Shown here piece after piece: positions 41,581-51,692 of a stretch of DNA of 64,000 bases. The DNA is taken from positions 704,001-768,000 of the forward strand of contig CAWIIQ010000001.1 of assembly GCA_963836185.1 (NCBI GenBank). Direction: 5' to 3'. The DNA comes from Candidatus Krumholzibacteriia bacterium (lineage in GTDB: Bacteria > Krumholzibacteriota > Krumholzibacteriia > Krumholzibacteriales > Krumholzibacteriaceae). A model generated the notes under the pieces. The model worked only from the letters and a program-made list of their open reading frames with translations, ran no database searches and was not told where the DNA came from. The translations under genes were made by a program, and so were the position numbers. How positions within the stretch are numbered: position 1 is the stretch's first letter; each line of letters starts with the position of its first letter.

Positions 41581-42975
41581 ATGACAGAGAGAAATCTCAA
41601 GGAGGGCAGGGAGTATATCGGGATCTCAAGCGTCTCGGGCCCCCTGGTCGCGGTAAAGGGTATACATAACGTCGGCTATAACGAACTCGCGGAGGTCGTC
41701 GATTCGAGCGGGCACGTAAGACTCGGAATGATCCTCGAAAGCAGCGAGCATGCCGCCGTCATCCAGGTGTTCGAGGGGACCTCGGGGCTTTCCATCCCCG
41801 ATACGAGGGTCCGCTTCAAGGGCGAGCCGCTCCATTTCGCGGCCGGCGCCGAGATCCTCGGACGCGTATTCAACGGGCTCGGCCAGCCTATCGACGACGG
41901 CCCGGCGCCGCTCGCGGAGAAGCGGATGGACGTCAACGGCCTTCCGATCAATCCGACTGCCCGCGAATACCCCAAAAAATTCATACAGACCGGAATCTCG
42001 GCTATCGACGGGATGAACACGCTCGTGCGCGGCCAGAAACTGCCGGTATTTTCCGGCACGGGCCTTCCGCACAACAGGCTCGTAGCCCAGATCACCCGAC
42101 AGGCGAAGCTGATAGGTGAGGACACACAGTTCGCCGTAGTGTTCGCCGCGATGGGTATCAAGCACGACGTCGCGCGATATTTCATAAGGAACTTCGAGGA
42201 ATCAGGTGTGCTGGAGAAGGTAGTGCTGTTTCTTAATCTGGCGGACGATCCGTCGGTGGAGAGACTTGTTACTCCCAGAACCGCGTTGACAGCCGCGGAA
42301 TTTCTGGCATTCGACATGAACATGCACGTGCTCGTGATCCTGACCGACATGACGAACTACTGCGAGTCGCTCCGCGAGATATCGACGATCCGCGAGGAGA
42401 TCCCGAGCAGAAAGGGATATCCCGGCTACCTTTACAGCGACCTTTCGATCATCTATGAGCGCGCCGGGATGGTTAAGGGTATAGAAGGATCGATTACACA
42501 GATGCCGATCCTCACGATGCCCAACGACGATATATCGCATCCTGTGCCCGATCTTTCCGGATACATCACGGAAGGCCAGATAGTACTGGAGAGAGAACTC
42601 GACCAGAGGAACATCTACCCGCCTATCGCGGGGCTGCCTTCGCTCTCGCGCCTGATGAAGGACGGGATCGGCGCGGGAATGACGCGCGAGGACCACGCTC
42701 ACGTCGCGAGCCAGCTCTTCGCCGCCTATTCGCATGTGAAGGATGTACGCGCCCTCGCCGCTGTGATCGGCGAAGAGGAGCTTACGCCGCTCGACAAGGT
42801 CTATCTCGAATTCGGAGAGAGGTTCGAGCGCGAGTTCCTCAGCCAGGGCGAGTACGAGGACCGTTCGATCGAAGAGACACTCGACATAGGCTGGAAGGTG
42901 ATCTCCACGCTGCCGAAGGAAGAGCTCTACCGGATCAGCGAGGAAGAGATCGCCAAATATTACGGCAAGGATTGA
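41581..42975 (+). CDS. atpB: V/A-type ATPase subunit B
   Basis: [52 protein letters not shown]. Confidence 0.97.
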   Translation: MTERNLKEGREYIGISSVSGPLVAVKGIHNVGYNELAEVVDSSGHVRLGMILESSEHAAVIQVFEGTSGLSIPDTRVRFKGEPLHFAAGAEILGRVFNGLGQPIDDGPAPLAEKRMDVNGLPINPTAREYPKKFIQTGISAIDGMNTLVRGQKLPVFSGTGLPHNRLVAQITRQAKLIGEDTQFAVVFAAMGIKHDVARYFIRNFEESGVLEKVVLFLNLADDPSVERLVTPRTALTAAEFLAFDMNMHVLVILTDMTNYCESLREISTIREEIPSRKGYPGYLYSDLSIIYERAGMVKGIEGSITQMPILTMPNDDISHPVPDLSGYITEGQIVLERELDQRNIYPPIAGLPSLSRLMKDGIGAGMTREDHAHVASQLFAAYSHVKDVRALAAVIGEEELTPLDKVYLEFGERFEREFLSQGEYEDRSIEETLDIGWKVISTLPKEELYRISEEEIAKYYGKD

Positions 42976-42979
42976 CCAG

Positions 42980-43615
42980 ATGGCCCGCTACGAGATGGCT
43001 CCTACCAAGACGAACCTGATGAAGGTCAAGCGCGATCTCGGTTTCGCGCAGGAGGGATGGGAGCTTCTCGACCAGAAGCGCAAGATCCTCATCGTCGAGC
43101 TGATGGGGTTGATCGACAGGGCCGTCGAGGCGCAGGAAGAAGTCGAGGCGAAACTCGGCGAGGCGTTCGAGGCCCTCGATCAGTCGATCCTCAGGATGGG
43201 GCGCAGGGAGGTCAATATGATCGCCCTGGGAATGAACATCGAATCCGACATATCATTCTCCGAGAAGAGGGTGATGGGTGTCTCTCTGCCGCGCGTCAAG
43301 GTGCGGTTCGACGATCGCTCGCCCTATTTCGCCGCGGCGGAGAGCAGCATCTGGATCGACGAGGCGATCAAGAAGTTCCGCGAGGTCCTGCGGCTCCTCG
43401 GAACGCTCGCCGAGGCGAGGATATCGCTGATGCGGCTCTCGCGCGAGGTGGGCAAGACGATCAGGAGGGTCAACGCCCTCGAAAAGATATTCATACCTGA
43501 TTACGACGAGACGCTGAAGTATATCGAGATGGCGCTCGAGGAATCCGAGAGGGAGGCGTTCTTCGTCCTCAAACTGGTAAAGGACCGCCTATCCCGGAAA
43601 AAGGGAGTAGCCTGA
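42980..43615 (+). CDS. atpD: V/A-type ATPase subunit D
   Basis: PTKTNL, GWELLDQKR, TIRRVNALEKIFIP. Confidence 0.95.
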   Translation: MARYEMAPTKTNLMKVKRDLGFAQEGWELLDQKRKILIVELMGLIDRAVEAQEEVEAKLGEAFEALDQSILRMGRREVNMIALGMNIESDISFSEKRVMGVSLPRVKVRFDDRSPYFAAAESSIWIDEAIKKFREVLRLLGTLAEARISLMRLSREVGKTIRRVNALEKIFIPDYDETLKYIEMALEESEREAFFVLKLVKDRLSRKKGVA

Positions 43616-44101
43616 TGAGTAATCCACTCGCAGACGATCATGCTCTATATCGATGGAAGCGAGTCGTCCATAACGGCGGCTCAGCTGGCGATATCGATGG
43701 CGAAGGAGTACGGCAGCACCCTGAGGGTGATGTACGTGGTCAACGAGAACCTCCTGACCGAGCTTCTCAAGGCGAAGATCTTCGTGCAGATGGAGAAGAT
43801 GGACTACGAGAGGGATCTCGAAGAGGACGGGAAGAGGTATCTCAACTATATCGTCAAGCTCGCCGACAGGAAGGGCCTTCAGATCGAGACGGTCCTGGGC
43901 AAAGGGGTCGTGCACGAAGAGGTCGCCCGCGAAGTGGATGACTGCTCCGCCGACCTGCTTATCCAGGGAGAACTCGGTGAGGTCCTGAGCCTGAGGGATT
44001 CGTTCTACGAGGAGGGCGAGAGGATACTGAGGAAGGTCAAGTGCCCCGTGATGGTAGTCCGGGGCAGGGACAGGATAGAGAGGATGTTTGACGACCTGTA
44101 G
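43615..44101 (+). CDS. Universal stress protein (+1 frameshift near 43630)
   Basis: MSNPL/QTIMLYIDGSESSITAA, MYVV, ADLLIQG, ILRKVKCPVMVV; start overlaps the atpD stop (TGATG). Confidence 0.85.
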
Positions 44102-44110
44102 CCGCGGGTC

Positions 44111-44139
44111 TTGCCATCCGGACCGGGGTTGATTATGTT
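44111..44139 (+). promoter_or_regulatory. Putative sigma70 promoter upstream of PTS IIA
   Basis: TTGCCA-17 bp-TATGTT. Confidence 0.45.
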
Positions 44140-44188
44140 ACTCCATCTCGGAGACGTCCGGAGGATGCATCATGGGAGGCATATTGAG

Positions 44189-44654
44189 ATGAAGCTTACT
44201 GACTATATCGGACCCGAGCACATCAAGCTCGACCTCGAAGGATCCGACAAGCAGGAGGTCATCGAGGAACTCGTCGAGCACATGTCGGATCATTGCGACA
44301 ACTGCGACGCCGATACGATACTCGAGGCGGTCCTGGGCAGAGAACGCGACGGGAGCACCGGCCTGGAGAAAGGCATCGCGATACCGCACGCCAAGTGCGA
44401 CGCGGTCGACAGGCTCCGCATAGTTGTTGGAATATCGAAGGAAGGCGTAGATTTCGAGGCCCAGGACGGGCAGCCTTCGCATCTTTTCTTCATGATGATC
44501 GCGCCGACGACCGAGTCGGGACCTCACGTGCAGGCGATCGCGAAGATAGTCAAGATGATCAAGGTCCCCGGCTTCCGGGAGAAGCTCCTGAAGGCCGACA
44601 CGTCCCGAGCAGATCATCGAGGCGATGGAGCGGGTGGAGAACGGCGAGGAGTAG
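44189..44654 (+). CDS. PTS EIIA (Ntr/Fru-type) protein (+1 frameshift near 44603)
   Basis: RERDGSTGLEKGIAIPHAK (phospho-His), FEAQDGQP; C-terminus PEQIIEAMERVENGEE* in a shifted frame. Confidence 0.88.
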
Positions 44655-44716
44655 CCTGCCTTTCGCGGACGGCAGCCTCCCCTGTATCCGCGAGCCCGGT
44701 TCCATGGTGAACGCCA

Positions 44717-45463
44717 ATGACTGACAATCAGAAAAAACTCATCGGATATTTCGGGTTTCCCCGCAGGGGGCTTCTGCGCGAGGTGAGGGAGCGCTTCGGC
44801 GAGGACCTCCCGCTGGTCGACCTGGACGTCGCGGCGGACGCTCCCGATTCGGGACTTCTGCCGAGGGCGACATGCCGGATAATCGCGAATATCGTCGACA
44901 ACGCGGCGGAGCTTGGCGGACAGGCTTGCAGCCGTCGTAGCCGCGGTCGGCGAGGACAAGTGCGACCGCGGCAGGCACGCCGCGTGGATACTCAAGGAGT
45001 ATGGGCCTCGAGGTATTCGAGTCGAGGTTCCCCGAGGAGGAATTCGAGGAGCAGGGAACTCGTATGGTCGACGGGCAGGGGCCCGCTCCCGGACCGTATC
45101 GACAGGATGATGGAGACGATAGTCGATCCATCGCGACCCGCGATCCTCCGGAAAAATGTGAGCCTACACACGGCTTCTGGGGAGTTCCTCCGAACGATTT
45201 CAGGCTGCTCGAGCTCTTTCCCGAGACGACACACATATATGGCTGGATCAGGTGCGTGGAGGCGGGAAGGCCGGCCGATCTCGAACTCGAATGCATGGTC
45301 GATGAGTGCTATCCCGACGGTCTTCTTTCACCAGAGCTTCTGCGCCAAGCAGGACCTCGCCCACAATCTCGCCGAAAGGTACGGCGGGATAGCCGTCGAC
45401 TGCCACCGCGAGATAAACGACTCGATACTCGCGAAGGTCGAGGCGTTCATAAAGTTGTCATAG
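44717..45463 (+). CDS. Compact 2-hydroxyacyl-CoA dehydratase-like Fe-S protein (several frameshifts)
   Basis: Reconstructed across frames: IGYFGFP, ATCRII, GEDKCDRGR, GFWGVPPND, GWIRCVEAG, QSFCAK, KVEAFI. Confidence 0.55.
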   Translation: MTDNQKKLIGYFGFPRRGLLREVRERFGEDLPLVDLDVAADAPDSGLLPRATCRIIANIVDNAAELGGQACSRRSRGRRGQVRPRQARRVDTQGVWASRYSSRGSPRRNSRSRELVWSTGRGPLPDRIDRMMETIVDPSRPAILRKNVSLHTASGEFLRTISGCSSSFPRRHTYMAGSGAWRREGRPISNSNAWSMSAIPTVFFHQSFCAKQDLAHNLAERYGGIAVDCHREINDSILAKVEAFIKLS

Positions 45464-45477
45464 GACGTGGACCACCG

Positions 45478-46135
45478 ATGCTCATCGCCGACTGCGGCAG
45501 CACATGGACGAAGATCCTCGATACCGGCTCAGGTGAGCTCGAGATCATCTCGACGAGTGAGCTGGTGCGGCGCGACGACCTCTTCTTCGAGGTCGCCACG
45601 GGGCACAGCGGCAAGAAGCGATGCAACAGGTACAAGAACGAACTGATCGCCCTGGCCGAGGGAAGCCTCGCTCTTGTCGATGAGGACGATTTCTCGATCG
45701 TCGACGTCGGCGGCAGGGATGTGAAGTTCGTACGGTTTGCCGGCCGCAAGGTGAAGAAGCTCGACTGGAACCTCGCCTGCGGCTCCTCGACAGGCGCGAC
45801 GATAGAACTGCTCGGCAGCTACTACGAGGTCGACTTCACATCGCTTCCCGCATCGGAGAAATGGATCAATGTCACCTGCGGCGTCTTCGGCATGGAAAAG
45901 GTGCTCGAGCACGTCTCCACGGGCACTCCGCCGGAGAAAGCGGTGGCGATGTTCCTGCACGGCATGGTCAGGAACGTCTTCGATTTCAGCGGCAGGCCGG
46001 AACATCTTTACCTCTCCGGGGGTTTCTGCGAAAATAAGTGCTTCCTGGAGACGATGGAGAAGTACTGCAGCGTAACAACGCTCGGCAGGACAGTGCCCCT
46101 GGAGGGACTTAAAGATGGGATTGAAGAAGATATAG
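45478..46135 (+). CDS. BadF/BcrAD/HgdC-type activator ATPase (ASKHA, [4Fe-4S]); 3' end uncertain
   Basis: ADCGSTWTK, VATGH, NELIALAEG, VDVGGRDVK, WNLACGSSTG, VTCGVFG, YLSGG. Confidence 0.8.
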
Positions 46136-47918
46136 AGCGCTTATTCTGGCGGCCGTCCTGGCCGTTTTATCGACAGCTGCGGCAAGAAGGTCGTCCTCAC
46201 CGATATCGATGAGGGGCAGTTCGTCCCGGGAGCCGGGATCGAGGCTGCGGCTACACTGATCGACGACCAGGAAGCATTGAAATCGCTCTTCAAGTGCTAT
46301 CCGCCCGACAGCGGCGTCGTGCCTGTCTACGTAACGGTAAAGAATGTCGACGACGAGCCGGTCCAGATCCACAACCTCAACTATCTTCCCCTCAACGATA
46401 CTTTCAGGGGATTCACGCTCGAGTTCGGTGATAACATCCTCGATCCGATCCATCCTCTCGAAGCGGTGATGTATATCAAGGGGAAGGCCAAGGTCCCCAA
46501 CTATAAGAAGATAGGTGCGGGCAACGTCGTCGCCGGCATCATCGTCTGGCCGCTCGGCATATACTATATCGTCAGGGGTGTCCAGTACTCGAGGGAGTAC
46601 AAGCCCATGCTTCGCAACTCGTTCTTTCCCCGCCGGGCCGCGGGGGAAACTTCGATCCGGTGACCCTGAAGCCGGGGGAGGTGAGATCGGGATTCATATA
46701 CTTTGCCCTCCTGCCGGAGGACAATCCGTATTACAGGGACGATGAGGATCTCGATGTCGACAGGCGCGGGAAGGAGAACGCCTTCCCTGAAGGTCAAGCG
46801 GAGCGGGATCATGAACCTGCAGTTGATAAACGTCAATCCCGGCAGTCAAAGCCTCCACTACCTGACTGCGAGATCCCCGTCGATTCGATGCTGACAGTGC
46901 GTGGATTGAAGCCGATGCGCAGCGAGGAAGGCAGTCCCCGCCGGCCATCTCTCCGGGGGATTTCTTCGCCCTCGTCGCCAATGAGGACCGCGAAACGAAA
47001 CTCGACCTGGTCACCGGCAGTTCGGAAGAAGTGTTCGAGAGCAGGTCGACAGGTGGATTTACCGTGATATCGGAGCTCAACGGCAAGAAGGCCGAACTCG
47101 TCGATGCCTCGAGGTGGGGGAACCGGGCCGTATGCGGGGTGAACTTCAAACAGAAATCGAGGATCTATCTCCTCGAATGGGTCGGACGGCAAGACCGGTA
47201 CTTATCGCCGAGGAGCAGTCTCGACAAGAAGATCATGCAGCGTCATCGCCGCGGAGGACGCGATATACGTCACTGACCGAAAACGGATTCTGCTATACAT
47301 TCGAATACGACGAGCTCAGGACAAAACGTTATGTCAATATGGGCAATCATGTCGATGATATCGTGATGACAGGCGGCAGGATCATCGCGTTCGGGAAGAA
47401 GTCGGTGATGGAGTACGAGATCAAGCCGGGGCACAATCCGGAGAAGATCGAGACAGTGCGGCATCTCTTCATCCGAGCAAGACAGACGCCGGCCTCGCCG
47501 GCGAGGGGATCGTCCTGAAGCACAAGGGCAGGGGGACGCACGGCGACACGCTTGTTCTCTACGATCCGGAAAGCCTCGAGGAAATCGTAAGGCAGCCCTT
47601 CCCCGGACGCATCGGGATCATGGACATGTCCGCCGACGGGGTCATCGTTCAGATGACGGGCGGCATGATAATGAGGATCGTCAGGCAGGAGGAAGAGTAC
47701 AGTACGTACGAGGCGGGATGGATACCCGTTCTCGCGACCGCTTCGGGCAGGTCGGTGGGATATCGTCACGCTCGTCTCCGATAAGAAGAGACTCTACTCC
47801 TTCAGGCTCGAAAGCATGGTGCCCGAGCCTCTCTACGAGGGAGGCGCTGTCTCCGTTCCGGTCGGGGTCGGAACTCCGTACGGCGAAGTCGAAAAAAAAG
47901 AAGAAGAGGAACAGATAG
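46115..47918 (+). CDS. Hypothetical lipoprotein, heavily frameshifted (possibly more than one gene)
   Basis: Reconstructed ALILAAVLAVLS..SCGKK lipobox followed by consecutive coding-like fragments in alternating frames. Confidence 0.45.
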
Positions 47919-47922
47919 CTCG

Positions 47923-48522
47923 ATGGCGAAAGAAAAAGAAAAGCGGACATAGAGGCGCTTGATCGCGACATTCTCGGCGCATGTCAGCGAGAATTACCCC
48001 GCTCCCGAGGTATACCGGGAGAACCTCACCAGCATGCTCGCCGCCAAGAAGGAGCGGATGGAGAGCGGGGAATATGTCGCCTCCCTCGAGAGGAACCTCG
48101 TCTTTCTCAAGGACCTCGTGACCGAGGGGGAGGCGCTCCTCGAGTATCTTCTCGAACGGATCAATAACCCGGAGCCGACAGCGGAGAAGATAACCACGGC
48201 CCTCGGCGCCCTCGAGGAGAAGGTCAGGTCGGGGACGGCCGGAAGGGTCGAGCAGGTGCTCGGTGAGAGTGATGAGGACGACTTCAGGGAACTGACCGAA
48301 CTGCGCGGGAAGGACCAGGAGGCCTACACGGAGAAGCTCGAGTTTAACTACATATATTTCATGGCTTTCCGCATGCTCCTCTTCGAGTTTTTCGGGGTGC
48401 TGGCAGCCGTCAGGGCTGAATATGAGATCACGAATGCCGATGAGGCGGCAGTCGGTCTGATCCAGAGCAATATCGAGATGACGGCGAACTACTATCTCGG
48501 TAATATATCGTCGGCGAGGTAG
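47923..48522 (+). CDS. Hypothetical alpha-helical protein (5' frameshift)
   Basis: Host-like codon usage over 47959-48522; ATG 47923 out of frame. Confidence 0.55.
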
Positions 48523-48544
48523 TCGACGAAGATTCACCTTCCGC

Positions 48545-48573
48545 TTGAATTATCGGGCGGATTGGGATAGATT
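48545..48573 (+). promoter_or_regulatory. Putative sigma70 promoter for the bioY-anSME operon
   Basis: TTGAAT-17 bp-TAGATT, then an AAGGAG RBS. Confidence 0.45.
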
Positions 48574-48607
48574 TCAGGGGTCACGAACAGAAATAAAGGA
48601 GAATGGT

Positions 48608-49167
48608 GTGATAAGCGGAAGAACAGCAGTATATACAGGAACGACCCATGACATGGCAGGCTCTCTCAGGCGCGTCGCCGGGATCGCCGCATTCGTTGGT
48701 CTTCACAGCCGTTGCCGCCCAGCTCGCGGTACGTCTTCCCTACACGCCTGTTCCCGTAACGATGCAGACGCTGTTCGTCCTGCTCGCCGGGATCGTCCTC
48801 GGACCGCGCGACGGTTTCTACGCAATGATCGCCTATATCGGGATCGGCATCGCCGGAGCGCCGGTATTCGCCGGCATGACATTCGGCCCGGCCGTACTGT
48901 TCGGCCCGACGGGCGGATACCTTCTCGCTTTCCCCGCAGCGGCGATGCTGACCGGCGCTGTCGCAAGGTCGCTCGGCGGCGGAAAACCCGCCGTACTTCT
49001 CGCTTCGCTGGCGGGATCGGCGACGATCCTCCTCGGAGGCACAGCTACCTCTGGCTGCTCAGCGGACAGTCGCTTTCAGCGGCGTGCTCGCGATGGCGGT
49101 CGTGCCGTTCATCCTCGCTGACCTGGTAAAGACGGCAGTCGCTGCGGTGATCCTCTCAGGAAAGTAG
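48608..49167 (+). CDS. bioY: Biotin transporter BioY, ECF S-component (frameshifts near both ends)
   Basis: PYTPVPVTMQTLFVLLAG, GAPVFAG, GPTGGYLLAF, VVPFILADLVK. Confidence 0.9.
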
Positions 49168-49172
49168 ATCCC

Positions 49173-50420
49173 TTGGAACTCGCGTTTCATCTCATGGCCA
49201 AACCGATAGGCCCGGTCTGTAACCTCCGCTGCGAGTACTGCTTCTATCTCGAAAAAGAGACCTTCTATCCAGACGGCGAGCAGTACCGCATGTCAGACGA
49301 GGTCCTCGAGGCATATATAAGACAGGTCGCCGAGGCCCACGCCGATATCCCCGAGCTCCTCTTTGCCTGGCAGGGAGGGGAGCCGACACTGCTCGGAATC
49401 GAGTTCTTCGAGAAGGCGCTCGAGCTCGAGAAGAAGTATGCGAAGGGTAAGCCCGTCCAGAATACACTCCAGACAAACGGTACGATGATCGACGATGACT
49501 GGTGCCGCTTCCTCAAGAAGAACAACTTTCTCGTGGGCCTGAGCCTCGACGGCCCCGAGGATCTCCACGACCGCTACAGGAGAGACGCCGGGGGAGAGGG
49601 GACGCACGCGAAGGTCATGCGGGCCCTGAATCTTATGAAAAAGCACGGCGTCGAGTTCAACGTCCTCGCCTGCGTGAACCGCGAGACGGCGAAGCGCCCT
49701 CTCGATGTCTATCACTGGTTCAAGGATAACGGTGTGGAGTTCATCCAGTTCATCCCGATAGTCGAGCTCGCGCCGAATGCGGAGACCTCGGAGCTCGGCC
49801 TGCAGCTCGGCGTGCCGTCAGGTCCCGCCGATACAGGGCAGCCGGTCACCGAATGGACCGTCGAACCCGAGGATTACGGGGACTTCCTCAACACGATCTT
49901 CGACGAGTGGGTGCGAAACGATGTCGGCTCGGTATTCGTGATGAACTATGAATGGGCACTTGTCTCGTACATAGGCCTCCAGATGCCCGCCTGTTTCTTC
50001 TCGCCGGAGTGCGGCAATGCGGGGATCATCGAGCACAACGGGGATATATATTCGTGCGACCATTTCATGTACCCGCGGTACCTCCTGGGAAATGTCCTTA
50101 AAGACGACCTCTCGAAGATGATGTCCTCACCTCTTCAGAAGGAGTTCGGCGCCGACAAGGGCAAACTTCCCCGGTACTGCCTCGAGTGCAGGGTCCTCAA
50201 GGCATGTTACGGCGAGTGCCCCAAGCACAGGTTCGCCGTGACGCCTGACGGCGAGCCCGGCCTGAATTATCTCTGCGCCGGATACAAGAAGTACTTCGAA
50301 CACGTCCTTCCCTATCTCAAGGCGATGACCGACCTGCTGAACGCCGGGAAACCGGTATCGGATATAATGGACCAGACGATAATCGTGCTGCCTCGAAGAG
50401 GCGATAGCCCGCATGGGTAA
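49173..50420 (+). CDS. Anaerobic sulfatase maturase 1 (radical SAM-SPASM, AslB/ChuR family)
   Basis: KPIGPVCNLRCEYC, WQGGEPTL, QTNG, SLDGP; SPASM CFFSPEC, SCDH, CLEC...CYGECPK, YLC. Confidence 0.93.
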   Translation: MELAFHLMAKPIGPVCNLRCEYCFYLEKETFYPDGEQYRMSDEVLEAYIRQVAEAHADIPELLFAWQGGEPTLLGIEFFEKALELEKKYAKGKPVQNTLQTNGTMIDDDWCRFLKKNNFLVGLSLDGPEDLHDRYRRDAGGEGTHAKVMRALNLMKKHGVEFNVLACVNRETAKRPLDVYHWFKDNGVEFIQFIPIVELAPNAETSELGLQLGVPSGPADTGQPVTEWTVEPEDYGDFLNTIFDEWVRNDVGSVFVMNYEWALVSYIGLQMPACFFSPECGNAGIIEHNGDIYSCDHFMYPRYLLGNVLKDDLSKMMSSPLQKEFGADKGKLPRYCLECRVLKACYGECPKHRFAVTPDGEPGLNYLCAGYKKYFEHVLPYLKAMTDLLNAGKPVSDIMDQTIIVLPRRGDSPHG

Positions 50421-50425
50421 AACAG

Positions 50426-51688
50426 ATGGATCCAGTCAAAAAAAAGCGCCTTTTCAGGGGTAAGCCTGTAATCAGGATGCACGCGATGGCGAAGCCCCTC
50501 GGGCCGGTCTGCAATCTCGACTGCGATTACTGTTTCTATCTCAGTAAGGAAAAACTCCTCTCCACAGACACACAGTGGCGCATGAGCGACGAGGTCCTCG
50601 AGTCGTTTATCCGGCAATACATCGAGGGACAGAACTACAAGGAGGTCGTTTTCTCGTGGCAGGGGGGAGAACCTACCCTTCTCGGACTCGATTTCCTATA
50701 CAGGGTCGTCGAACTGCAGAAGAAATACGCTCCGTCATGGATGAGGATCGAGAACGACCTTCAGACCAACGGCACCCTTCTTGACGACGACTGGTGCGGA
50801 TTCCTGGCGGAGAATGACTTTCTTGTCGGGTTGAGCATAGACGGCCCGAAGGAACTCCATGATCACTACCGCACATACAAGGATGGGCGAGGCACCTTCG
50901 ATGATGTATTCCGCGCATCGAAACTCCTGAGAAAGCACAAAGCGAGGTTCGCGACACTGAGCTGCGTCAATCACGTTACAGGAAAGCATCCGCTCGAGGT
51001 CTACCGTTTCCTGCGTGACGAAGTAGGTCCTGAACGGATGCAGTTCATACCGATAGTCGAACCGAGGATCTTCCGCGAGACGGCGCCGCAGAGATGGCCC
51101 GATTTCCTCGTTCCGGACATGGACGATCCCCGGGCGAGGCCGGGAACACCCGAATCCGTCGTGGAGGACTGGTGCGTCGATCCTGACGACTATGGTGATT
51201 TTCTCATCGCGATATTCGATGAATGGCGCACCAATGATATCGGAAGGCATTTCGTCACATTCTTTGAATCGGCAGTGGCACAGTGGATGGGAAAGATATC
51301 CCCTCTCTGCATCTTCGGGCCGATCTGCGGGAAGGGCGTCGCGATCGAGCACGATGGAAGCGTCTACTCATGCGATCACTACGTATACCCGGAGTACAAA
51401 CTGGGCAGCATCCGCGATGAATCGATCGACCGGATGGTCCTCTCCGAAAAACAGGAAGCTTTTGGATACGCGAAGGATATGTCCCTGCCGGGGCAGTGCC
51501 GCCGGTGCGACTACCTCTTTGCGTGCGCCGGTGAGTGCCCGAAGAACAGGTTCATACGGACCCCGGAAGGTGAGCGGGGCCTGAACTATCTCTGCTCAGG
51601 CCTGAAAAAGTACTTCAGGCATATCGATCCGCACGTCCGAAAGATTATACGCGATATGGGCCGGGAACCTGTCGAGGGAGTTGTGTGA
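50426..51688 (+). CDS. Anaerobic sulfatase maturase 2 (radical SAM-SPASM)
   Basis: KPLGPVCNLDCDYC, WQGGEPTL; SPASM CIFGPIC, SCDH, CRRC...CAGECPK, YLC. Confidence 0.93.
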   Translation: MDPVKKKRLFRGKPVIRMHAMAKPLGPVCNLDCDYCFYLSKEKLLSTDTQWRMSDEVLESFIRQYIEGQNYKEVVFSWQGGEPTLLGLDFLYRVVELQKKYAPSWMRIENDLQTNGTLLDDDWCGFLAENDFLVGLSIDGPKELHDHYRTYKDGRGTFDDVFRASKLLRKHKARFATLSCVNHVTGKHPLEVYRFLRDEVGPERMQFIPIVEPRIFRETAPQRWPDFLVPDMDDPRARPGTPESVVEDWCVDPDDYGDFLIAIFDEWRTNDIGRHFVTFFESAVAQWMGKISPLCIFGPICGKGVAIEHDGSVYSCDHYVYPEYKLGSIRDESIDRMVLSEKQEAFGYAKDMSLPGQCRRCDYLFACAGECPKNRFIRTPEGERGLNYLCSGLKKYFRHIDPHVRKIIRDMGREPVEGVV

Positions 51689-51692
51689 TCCG

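Noticed and set aside
45001-46212. 403-aa fusion of the dehydratase-like fragment and activator
   Set aside because: Frameshift artefact; the upstream gene ends at 45463 and the activator starts at ATG 45478.
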